From positions 186,001 to 250,000 of the forward strand of contig CT868653.1 in NCBI GenBank assembly GCA_000165425.1: a stretch of 64,000 nt of DNA, read 5' to 3'. The notes under the pieces are model-generated. The model was not told the DNA's origin, made no database searches, and saw only the letters and a list, made by a program, of their open reading frames with translations. Source of the DNA: Paramecium tetraurelia (Eukaryota). The translations under genes and the position numbers were made by a program. Positions 38,815 through 50,387 of this stretch are shown here, one piece after another (the stretch's first letter is position 1; each line of letters starts with the position of its first letter).

Positions 38815-41800
38815 ATGGCAACTAAATAAAAATCAATTGAGGATTATAGGAATGCTGTGAAGTTATTAAAATTAAAAGTTTTAAAATTGCAAAAACAAAA
38901 TGAAGAGCTCATTGACAAGCTGAGAGAACAAGGAATTCCCCTTGATTAATAGCATGATTAAGTTGATTTGAGCAATCAAGCAGTTATGGGAATCTTTTCA
39001 CGAAGTTGTAGGAGGGTTGGACTAACTCCGGAAATGATGTTTAGAGCATCTGATAGGGAAGGATAAGGATAGATAAGTACTGAAGATATGAGACTCTTTT
39101 TATCTAAAGTTAGATTGGGTTTGAATAATACCTAATTGACCATGTTGGTGAGAATTTTCGATGAGGATTGCTCAGGAGTGATAAAGAGAGAAGGTAAAAT
39201 ACAAAAAGTAATATAGAGTATTATGATTGTTTGTAAGCGTATGGAATCAATGAAGAAAAAGTGCAAGGTTAGGCCAGAACTTATGGTTAAGAGAGTCTTC
39301 TTAAATATGCTCGTTTACTATTGATGAATAGATTGTCTGTTGAGGATTCTCTTAAAAAAATGGGAGATAACATAATCCCATCTCATTTTGTGTAATTCAA
39401 ATATCAATTATTAGGTCTTTCATTCATGGGATTGATGGATAAAATTTATTAAATGAAAAAGAAATAATAGCTGTTTTCAATCACATAGATGTCAATAAGA
39501 GTGGAGTTCTTTAAGCAACATTTTATGATTAAGAGGTCCGTAAGGCAATGAGAGTGGCATAATCCGATATAGGTTTGGGTGTTCAAATTAATCCAAACAC
39601 TGGAGGAGGAGGAGGCAATCCAATTCCTAAGCCTTAGCCTGTGGGGATTCTAAAACCAAGTCAAATTTCATAATAATTGGACCCCTTTAGAATGACTCAA
39701 ACATAGATGGGGTAATCTAAATCAGGTTTGAATATGTCATCTTCCCATGCATTCTTGAATGAGACAATTATTATGTTGACAGAGGAGGATAAGAAGAATA
39801 TTCTAACGATAATAACAAAACTTAAAGCATAAGGAGTGGATGCTATTGAGTTTATTAAAATTGTGATTTAACAATTGGAAGTTCCAGGGGCAGGAATATT
39901 GTTGTATGATTTTTATAAGAGATTTGATAAGAAGATTCCTAAAAGTGATTAGTTGTCATTTTTTAATGCTATTGATTTGAATAAAAATGGATCAATAGAC
40001 TATGATGAGTTGATGGTCTTTTTCTAAGAATTTAAGTCTCCAAAAGATAATTTTGATTTGTTGTTTGAAATTTTAACTAGGAAGTTGTAAGCTTTAGAGA
40101 TAGGTATAGTTTAACATTTAGCCTCTGAATAAATTTATGAGGATACATAATTAAATTAAGAATAATTTTATTAATTGGCTTAGATATTATTCTCATGCCC
40201 ATCCAAAAAGCATTCTGATGCTCTATTTTCATATTTTGATATTGATGGATCCGGTATTCTATCAGCCTAGGAAATAATTGATTAGGTTTAAAAGATTCTA
40301 TTAATTTATGTTCCTCAGAAAACAATGAATTTAGATAACACACTTAATAAATCAATGAGAGCATCTCTTAAGTCAGTTGGAGAATATGCAACAACATTAT
40401 CAAAATTAAAACCTGTATTAACGGAGGAGGATTACTTCGGTAAGTACAGAATGGAAGGAAGTGGAAAGACTTTACATAAAGAAGAAACTAAATGGACAAC
40501 CATATTCAATTCAGATTTAGCTTGTTTGAGATATGTTTATGAAGAAATATCCAAATTGGAATAGAATCCTGGTGCAAAATGGGAAGATCCTGACTTTGGA
40601 CCTACTAAAGAAGATCCCTATGGCAGTAAGAGTATGTACTTTGCTGATAATGATGTCCCCGAGGGTGCTCCATAGCCTAAGGAGTGCAAATGGTTGAGAC
40701 CTGAGGAATTCTTGGCTGCATTAGTGGAGAATGGAGATGAACAATATAAAAATAGTACTGTTGATGTGTTTGATGAGGACGGAGCTGCTTCAAATGATGT
40801 GTGTTAATCAAAGTATTTAGGTAACTGTTGGTTTGTTTCTGCATTATCCATTATATCAGGATATGAGTAATATTTGCAAGGGGATTTTGTGATAACTTAG
40901 GAATCCATATAAGAGTTGACAGATGAGGAAGTCAATGGAATGCTAATTGGAGTTTATCCACCCTGTTTCAAATTCTTAAGAAAATATGGATTATATGTGA
41001 TGAGATTCTTCAAGAATTTCGGATGGAAATATGTAGTTATTGATGATAAGCTGTGTGTAAAGGATAATGAATATGTATTTGGTAAAAATAGGAAGCCTAC
41101 AGAGAGTTGGGTCAATTTGATAGAGAAGGCTTATGCAAAACTCCATCAAAACTATTTTGCCTTAACAGCTGGAGACATTGCCTAAGGTTTGGCAGATATG
41201 ACTGGTAAGGTACCTGACAAGATTAAGTTGAATGAAGAATGTACAAAAGCTGAAAAGGAAGATCTTTGGAATCTGTTATTAAAATGCAAGAAGGATGGAA
41301 CAATGTTGGGATGTAGTGCTGAAGGAGGAACTGAGTTATATATAAAAATCAATGATGAAGACACAGGTGTTATGAGTGGACATGCTTATGGTATATTGGA
41401 TATGTTTGAGATCCCTGATTAGAGTTGCAATAACTATCATAAATCACATAGATTATTAAAAATCAGAAATCCTTGGGGATATGGAGAATGGAAATTGAAA
41501 TGGTCAGAAACTCCAGATTATTCTGCTAAATTGGATAAATGGATAGATTGGATAAATGATTATTATTAGAAGGAGATTGAAAAGGCCAAGTTGGAAGGCA
41601 AAGAACCTCCTGAACCTTATGTTTATGGATAAGATGACGGTACATTCTTTATGTGCTTCAAAAGTTGGAGAACTGTGTTTTCTAATTTGTTCTAATGCAT
41701 GTATGAAGATTTCGATATATTAATAGTGACTTCCCTGACGATTGGAGTGGATTGAGAGCATTTGATTAATTTGGACTGTAGAGTTCTGGAGCTCCAATGA

Positions 41801-42355
41801 AAACTGAGGCCTCATTAATTCAATACGCTCAAAAGAATCCATAATACATTCTTGAGTTGAAAAGAAAGAAAGGAGACAAGACTAATATGTACATATAGAT
41901 GTAACAGGTGGATGGTATATATTAATTGTATTATTTTTATAGGAAGATTATTTTTGGGAGAGAGATATCCCTTCCCAAATGTTATGAAACCTATTTTGCT
42001 ATGTGTATTTTCTTTAGGACCTACTGAAAAATGCTTGGCTAAGTTTGATGATAAAAAGGTAGTTGCATCTTCTGGTAAGTTGAATTTGAGAAGGGAAATC
42101 GATACTAATGATATTTCATTAAGTAATGGTAGATATGCAGTCATACCTTGTACAAAGGAAGGAGCCTAATAAATTGATTTCACTTTAAGCTTTTACTTCG
42201 ATTGTGATAAGAGTGAAATCAATATCACAAAATATGGTGATCCTCGCTTTAAACTTCATCCTATTACAGAGGAGGAAGAAGAAGTGAGTAAAGTGCCTGA
42301 GGAGTTAAAGAAATTGTTAAAAAAACAAGCCCAAGAAGTATTAAGTTCATAATGA
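38815..42355 (+). CDS. Calpain-family cysteine protease with N-terminal EF-hands
   Basis: EF loops (DREGQGQISTED, DEDCSGVIKREE, DVNKSG, DLNKNGSIDYDE); CysPc with WEDPDF, QSKYLGNCWF (Cys), VVIDD, EKAYAK, GHAYGI (His), IRNPWG (Asn), DDGTFFM; calpain domain III (KNPQY, GRYAVIPCT). Confidence 0.9.
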
Positions 42356-42401
42356 TCATGATATTAGGATAAAAATATCTATATTTATTGATAATAATAA
42401 A

Positions 42402-43868
42402 TCAATTCATTTTCTCCAAATGATAACATACTGATTCTATCATATTATCCAAAGGATTCTCCCCAGATACTTTGTAAATGATTGATGCATATTTAGGAGT
42501 ACTATCGATCAATTATTTTAAATCATCCCATCTCTTTAGTCTAATTTACAATAGTATTCAATCATACCTCTATTAAACAACCTCTCTTTTTTCATTTGGT
42601 GCTATGACCAATCTGGATCTCACTTCCTTATCTGCTTCATCAACTGAATTGTACATTTTTCCTGTGATTGGATCAGTTCTTCTTTAAACCAGTCTTCTTG
42701 TGACGATATCATCAGCTGCATCAATGATCACCATAAGAGTTGGTTACACATTCAATTCATTCAAAGATTCCAATTGCTTATCTGTTTTTGGATAACCATC
42801 TAGTACATAGCCTTGCAATTAGCAATCAGTCTAGTTAAGCCTTTCTTTTATTAGAGCATTGACAATTCTATCATCTACAAAATCTCCTTTGCTCACCTTC
42901 TCAAATGCTTCTTTTCCTGTTGCTCCCTTTTAGTTTACTAAATTTGAAATTAATTCTCTTGTTGAAATATACACAAATCCATATTTGCTTGATAATTTTT
43001 TGGCTAAAGTTGATCTTCCAGATCCAGGAGGTCCAATAACAACTATTCTTAGAGCTCTTTTGGGTGAATTATCATAGAGTTTGTATTTCAATAATTGCTA
43101 TATAATTAATTTTATAAATATACTGCCATATCTTCTAATTCATAGTTCTTTTCTCCATCGACTGAGAAGTATTAGTTCTTGTATACTTCCTTGACTTATT
43201 TTAAGTTCAATTAATATTCCAAAGAGTGATTTTTTACTAAATCTTCTTTATTGTTTAGTTTATTAAATTGTTCTGAGTCTAATTTCTTGAGACAACATTG
43301 ATAAACCTTTTCTTGTGACATTTCCAAAATAAGAAATGCATCAGGTATTATACCCTCCTTTTGAAGTGCCAAGCCTTAAACTCTAGTTTTAGGGAATCCT
43401 TCGAAGATGTAACTTTTCTTTTCATTTTCCAAATGGTTGATTTAATTAAGTGCTATATTGATCACAATTTCATCACTCACATACTAGAATTTGTCCAGAG
43501 AATCTTGGATTTATTGGCTCTAAATAAAAAATAGGCTGGGATGTATACCAATTCAGACTTTTTGCTTAGCTCCTTTTCAATCAAGTCTCCAATAGAAACA
43601 ATGTGAAAATTCAAATAATCAGCCAATGTAAGTGATAATTCTCTTAATTTTGATCCAGGGGGACCAACCACAAAGATTTTTTTGGCTTGATTCAGGTATC
43701 ATATATACTTTCTGGTTCTTGCAATTTATTGATTAGAAACTAGATTGGATCATCAGGTTTTTTAATAATTAAAGATTTGAGTAGATCTTCAAAGATGTGA
43801 TATACTTTATTTCTTTCAAGATAATTTTCAACTTGTTGCTAATATTGCAATTTATTGGCTTAGTCCAT
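42402..43868 (-). CDS. Double-domain adenylate kinase with Dpy-30/RIIa-like docking motif (AK8-like, ciliary)
   Basis: YLERNKVYHIFEDLLKSLIIKKPDDPIQFLI; two P-loops VGPPGSK and IGPPGSGRST; FEGFPKTRVQ and GYVLDGYPKT; RRTDPITGKMY lid. Confidence 0.88.
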
Positions 43869-43928
43869 AAGTTATCTTTTTTTTATTTAAATTTATTGAT
43901 ATAATTATAATTATAATTAAAAATTGAA

Positions 43929-44264
43929 TCAAGCCTTTTTCATTTGCTCTAACAAGTCCTTTTGCTACTAGATCATTTCCTTCATTAATTTATTTTAGTG
44001 TTTTAAGCGATGAATGATCTCTTTTTTTTGTTTTTGATTTTCTATTTGAATAGGTTGTGGTTAAATGATTCGAGGGATGTATTTGGTTTTCTGCTCTTAT
44101 TACTTTTGACAAGCCCTATTTATAGTAGCTGAACTGCTGATTTGAGGCATGGAGGAATTCAATTTGCTTTTCTTTTCGGGTTGAGGATCCAAAGAGAACG
44201 CCCATTCTCTGATTTCTTCATTCGTCATCAATTCTGAGAGTGGATGAATCTATTGTGAATCCAT
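43929..44264 (-). CDS. Small hypothetical protein with C-terminal coiled coil
   Basis: MDSQQIHPLSELMTNEEIREWAFSLDPQPE...IIHRLKHQNKLMKEMIQQQKDLLEQMKKA*. Confidence 0.6.
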
Positions 44265-44393
44265 AAATATTATTGAAATCCATAAAAAAAATAAGTCCCA
44301 TCTGTATAAAAATCAAAATCCTTGTTGAATTGTTCATAAGAGACATCGCAATTGTATGTATAAATATGTAATTAATTGAATATTGAATAAGAA

Positions 44394-44882
44394 TCAATTC
44401 TCTGAATCGGAATCTATACCACTAATAATGACTTCTTCTTGAGGAGGACCCCGATGTTCTCTTTTCTCAATGGCTTGGACATTCCTTAATAGTTTTTGTC
44501 TCAATTCTTCATCTGCTTCATTGTAACTATTATCGTCATTTCTGCAATCGTCGTCATCATCATAGGGAGTGAGTTGTTTGGTGGACAGATCTTGTTTGGA
44601 AGTGTAGGGTTCTTGGAAATGGAACTTCTCGATGTGATTTTTGAGTGGCAATCTGCTAGTGTATTGCTTTCCACAAAATTAACAGCATACTTTGTCTTTG
44701 TTGGAACTATAGCTGTAATCTGAATTTGAAGACCTTTTCTTGAGATTTAGAATAGAATTGGAATTGCGACCATAATAGGAGTCAGCTTGTTTAATTTGAT
44801 TGAATAACCTAGTATACTTATCGGTTAGTTGTTTCTATTCGTTGAGGTAGTTGCTAATTAAATCAGCAAGTTTGTTGTTCAT
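44394..44882 (-). CDS. Single C2H2 zinc-finger protein with acidic tail
   Basis: VCCQFCGKQYTSRLPLKNHIEKFH, followed by a DDDDD-rich tail ending IISGIDSDSEN*. Confidence 0.8.
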
Positions 44883-44989
44883 TATTTTAATGCCAAAAAA
44901 AATTAGGATTTTTAAGAGAGGGATTTGGCCAAAAAATTTATATGATAATGTTAAATAATTAATATGAATTATAAAAAGTAATTAATTAA

Positions 44990-46368
44990 TCATCTCAATT
45001 TATTTAAGTACTTCAATCGCTCAAACAATGAGGGATGACTATTATAGTACCATTGATAGATTGGGTCTACCATCAAATTCGTGGAATTCTATTTGAACAG
45101 CTTGATCAACCCACTCATCAAATACGACCCAAGACCATGACGATTGGCAAACATATCTGCTTGATACTCGAAGAAACGGGACAAATGGAGTTCGAATATT
45201 TGGAACAACGTATTCATAGGTTCAAAGAGAGAGAAGAACAAAGCAGACCCAATGAAGATGGACTTCTCCTTGAAACCAAAACTCAAGAACACCACATCCG
45301 AATCTCTGTAGAAGCCAAAGATGTAGAAAGTGATCAAAACTATTATAAAATATTAATACATACTTTTGATGCAAAAGAATACTAATTTGATATAGGGATG
45401 TCTATATTTCCAATGTCCCAATTCATGTGCAACCACGGCCACGATCTCCTCATTTGTCAGATTGTTGATGAGAGTGTCATACAGCACTATTCGCTTGCTG
45501 TACATCCCAAAGAAGTAGGCATTCGAATGATCAGATCTTTTGGACCCATCCATGACCAGGATCTTCTCTAAGGGGAAATTCATTCTGAATGCTAATTGAC
45601 TGATTGCTTATTTGAGTTGAGTTTCTTTGAGTTCTTCGAATTCGTTGAATAGTGGTTGAATGTAATTAGGATAGACGAGACTGGACACTATTGCCATGAT
45701 CAGCACAAAGAATTGCATCTATATGTTGTGTAGGGGAATATACCGCTATGAAAAAGTAGTCTCCTCCTAGTTCAGCCACATACAAGTAGGAGTAGAGGAG
45801 GATTGGTACAAAGACCACCCACAATGCTGATTCAATCACTAGATCACTGAATTGGAGAGCGAATGATATTTGACTTAGATCATATCTCTTCTCTATCACG
45901 TGAGTGTTATAAAAATTATTAGGAACATCAATTAATTTGAGGCGTAAAAACTCCACAAAGATATATGCCAATCCTCTTTGAAACTATAATCAAAATAGAA
46001 TTACCTCTGAATTCGGGTCCATCTTAAAGAAAGTCACTGTCCTTTCCCAAATAAATGGCATCACTCCACATAAAATTACAATTATCTCAATTGCTGTTTT
46101 TATTGATTTGGTGTACATTTCAAACGACCTATGCAACATCAAATCAAATTTACAGTTTGTCATAATAAAATCGCTAACTTCTCTTAAATTGCTTCTGTGT
46201 GATCCCCAAAGTCTATTCAATATGAATAGGCATCTATTTCACTGACAATTAATCCAATTGCCTCAGATTGATAAATTGTTCCAAAAGATACTTGATCACT
46301 ATGTATGATACTACAATGTAGAGATAAGAGTATGACACCTCTTATTCTTTTATTCTTAATATTGCCAT
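44990..46368 (-). CDS. STE24: CAAX prenyl protease 1 (peptidase M48, Ste24/ZMPSTE24)
   Basis: [39 protein letters not shown] (HExxH), [24 protein letters not shown] segments; introns. Confidence 0.93.
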
Positions 46369-46399
46369 TAAAATTAAAATTGATATATTTTATCAAAAC

Positions 46400-47386
46400 T
46401 CAACTTACTTCAGCAAATACATCACCCCACTTACACTTTTGCCCCTCCTCTACATTCCATTTCACATTCTCTGCCTCAAACATCATAACAACTGTTGACC
46501 CCAATCTGAACATTCCCAATTCATCACCTTTTCTAAGCGAAATAGTTGGATCATAATGTTTGTAAACAAACAATTCCTGAGCCTTCTAATTTGTCTAAAA
46601 TTCCTTATCATAATTTAAAGTCATTGATCCCACATTGGTTGCACCCACCAACACTATGCTCATTAATCCAAATTTGTATGTTCCAAACAAGGCTACTCTC
46701 TCATTTGTCTCATATACCTTTGGAGTGCTTGAAATGTAGCTGATCTTTACAGGTGCCAAATGTCCAACTATATGACTTCTGCTTTTCAATTAAAAATCAC
46801 TTGGCAAATGATATCTGTGATAGTCTCCAGGAGCCAAATAAAATATGACTGAATATAGCTTCGTATTCTTTCTTTTCTTTGCATCCTCCAAGATTTAAGG
46901 ACTCATCTCAAATGTCTCTTATCCAGTTAAAAAATATCCCAATTTATAATGCACATTCTTAACTAATATTGGACTATCATCCCTCACTTCGCAAAATGAT
47001 AGCACCTTCGAATCTGCTGGCACTATCAACTTATTTACATTTTTATCGAATTCTCTACTTTTAATCTTGCGAGTAAAAAATTGTTGAAAGTTTTCATAAT
47101 TTTCAAGTGGCTCCAACATATCCTCATAATTCACATCATAAACGTAACCAAACAATTAAAATAGTGGACTTCTCAACCATTTCGGGATGTATGTTTCAGC
47201 CATCTTACCAGATTAATAGGAGACATATCTAGTCACTGATTATTGATAAGCTTCCAAATCGTATTTATTTCGATTCTCTCTATAATATGAATACACAGCC
47301 ATTCCATTTGCCAAACCGAATATCAATCCCCACTTCAAGTACCCCAAACCAACAGCCCTTTTCAATGCCTACTCTAAAATTGACAT
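46400..47386 (-). CDS. Phosphatidylserine decarboxylase proenzyme (mitochondrial PSD1-type)
   Basis: [56 protein letters not shown] (LGST autocleavage site). Confidence 0.93.
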
Positions 47387-47529
47387 TAAATTTATGCTGT
47401 TACTTTTATTATTAAAGTTGAATTTTCTTGGATACAATTTGGAATTGATAACTAGGAACTGATTAATTATATCCATTAAATCATTTCATATCCAACTCTT
47501 GGAATTTAGAAAATCATTATTTCTAATTT

Positions 47530-48439
47530 ATGTAAGCTTTAAAGACAGTTGTCATAACAGGAGCTAACAAAGGTATTGGCTTTGGCATTCTTGAAAATCT
47601 TATTCAGAAGTAGTCATACAAAGTTATAATGGCTTGCCGATCTCTTGAATTAGCTCAAAAGTCTAGAACCGAATTGATCGAAAAATACAATGTATCCTTA
47701 AACTTTAAATTATTACCAGCTCTCTCAAGATAGAATTGACATTATTGAATTGGACATTAGTAGTAGTGATAGTATTGATAAATTCATTCAGGAGTTCACA
47801 ACTAGATTCCATTCAGCCGATATCTTGATCAACAATGCTGCTGTAGCTGTCAAGACAGATGATTTCAATTTTGAAATTGTGCAATACACCTTTAAACCTA
47901 ATTTCTATGGCACAGGTATAAATTCTAACATGTAATACTCTAGTGGAGTTAACTGAAAAATTCATTCCTTTATTGGCTTAAAATGGAAAGATCATTACAA
48001 TTGGATCATAAGTTGGTAACACAAAAATTTTGGAATCTGATGATCTAGTCAAAAGATTCAAGAATCCAAACATTACAAGAGAAGATGTTTTCAAACTGGC
48101 TGATGAATTCTAAGAACATGTTAAGAATAGTATTATGATTGGTTATTTTTAGATACTTATAAGTAGAATGGTTGGCCAAGTTGGGGATATGGAATTAGCA
48201 AATTACTAATTAATACTTATGTCAAGACTTTAGCATCAAATGCTGATGTTAAGCATAAGCATTTATAAGTTTACACATGTTGTCCTGGATGGGTCAAAAC
48301 TGATATGGCTGCAGAGGGAGCATTGCTGACAATAGTAGAAGGGGCTTTAACTCCTGTGTATTTGGTAGAATTACCACATGAAGTGAATCCTGCCTATCAA
48401 GGATAATTCTTCCATCTGTAGAAGGTTTAAGAATTATGA
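47530..48439 (+). CDS. Short-chain dehydrogenase/reductase, carbonyl reductase-like
   Basis: VVITGANKGIG, DILINNAAV, NFYGT, GWPSWGYGISK (YxxxK), CCPGWVKTDM; three introns. Confidence 0.9.
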
Positions 48440-48800
48440 TGATATCTATATAAAGGGTTTACAATATGTTATTATATATTTCTAACACTATTTTTACAAA
48501 ATGGATTAATTCAATTGATTTTATATCAAAAAATTTAATTTGTTATCGAACAATAAAGTGACAATTTATCGAAGATTAATTAATATGTAAATTAAATAAA
48601 ATTCCCTTTAGAGCAATAATATTAAATTATTATTATAATATTTATTTTTAGATAATAAAAGAATAATTATAATAATTATAAATTTTATAAAAATAAAAGA
48701 GAATTTGCGTATCTTTTTCATTAGGCTATTATTACAAAAATACTGCGTGTATAAATGACAAAATATCTTTTTATCGAGACAATAATATTAATATATCATC

Positions 48801-50311
48801 ATGCATTCAAAACAACGAAGTGTTGCCCAATTATTCTATCGAAGCTTATACAACAATACTCACGGCCTCTTAAAACAAAGAATGAGAGAGCTAGTACCAG
48901 TCAAGCAAGCTCTACTCCGTGATGTAAGAAAGCGATATGGATCTAAAGAAGTCTGCAAGGTGACTGTTGATCAGGCCATCGGAGGAATGAGGAACGTGTT
49001 TGGTCTCTTTTATGATGCATCCCTATTAGATGCTAAGACAGTAAAGATTTTCATATATAGTTCTCTCAGGGTATCACAATGAGAGACTACAACATCCCCG
49101 AATTACAAGAGTACCTATAAAAGGGTGAAAATGGCCATGAACCTTTACCAGAGGCTTTGTTCTGGTTGCTATGCACAGGTGATTTCCCTTGTAAATAGAT
49201 TTACTCATATTTTTAGCTGAGCAAGAATTTGCTGATGTGTAATAGGAATGGAAACAGAGAGGAGAATTGGATTCTCAAACACAACACTTCATCTTGAGTT
49301 TACCAAAAACAGCTCATCCCATGACTATGTTGTCTCAAACTTTACTGTATCTATAAAAAGATTCCCTTTTCTAACAAGTTTATGATTAAGGAAAAGTCTC
49401 AAAACCTCAATATTGGGAGTACTTCTACGAGGACGCAATGAACTTATTAGCCAAGATCCCAAGAGTGGCTGCTCTCATTTACAGACATAAATATAAGGTA
49501 TATGGATTATTATAATGTAGAATGGAGAAATCATCTCAGCTGATGAGAACTTGGATTGGGCTGGTAATTATGCCCACATGCTTGGTTACAATAAATTCGA
49601 AGTTCGAGAATGCTTGAGAGGGTATTTAAGCATCCATGCTGATCATGAAGGAGGTAATGTGAGTGCCCATACAACACATTTGGTTGGTTCAGCATTGGCA
49701 GACCCATATTTGTCATATTCTGCTGGTGTCAATGGTTTGGCAGGTCCATTGCATGGTCTCGCCAATTAGGAAGTGCTTAAATGGTTATTAGAAATGAGAG
49801 TATTTCAATAGATTAATTATTTAATAGGATGAATTGGGTGAGAACATCTCAAACGAGAAAATTCCAAGATTATGTACTAACTACAATCAGAGAGGGCAAA
49901 GTAATTCCAGGTTATGGACATGCTGTTTTAAGATATACTGATCCACGTTTCATCCATCAAAAAGATTTTGCAGCCAGACACATCAAAAATGATCCCTTAG
50001 TTGATTTGGTTAGACAATGTTATCACGTGATCCCACCTGTTTTGAAAACCATTGGAAAGATCTAGAATCCATGGCCGTATTTATATATTTATTATCAAAG
50101 AAATGTTGATGCACACTCTGGGGTCTTACTATATCATTATGGAATGAGAGAGTTCCAATACTACACTGTTGTATTTGCTGTGTCAAGAGCATTAGGATGC
50201 ATGGCCAATCTCATTTGGTCAAGAGCATTTGGATTACCAATTGAAAGACCAGGATCCATTACTCTGAGATGGATTGAAGAGAAATTTGGTGAAAACTAAA
50301 ATTTAAAATGA
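48801..50311 (+). CDS. CS: Mitochondrial citrate synthase (apparent +1 frameshift at about 49864)
   Basis: [89 protein letters not shown]; several short introns. Confidence 0.95.
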
Positions 50312-50387
50312 GAACTATTTCATTTCGTCATTAAATATCATATTACAAAATACTTTCTTAATATCTAAGTAAGACACTTAACATAAA

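Noticed and set aside
44990..47386. STE24 and PSD only 31 bp apart on the same strand (operon-like)
   Set aside because: Spacers of this size are ordinary in this window and the functions are unrelated.
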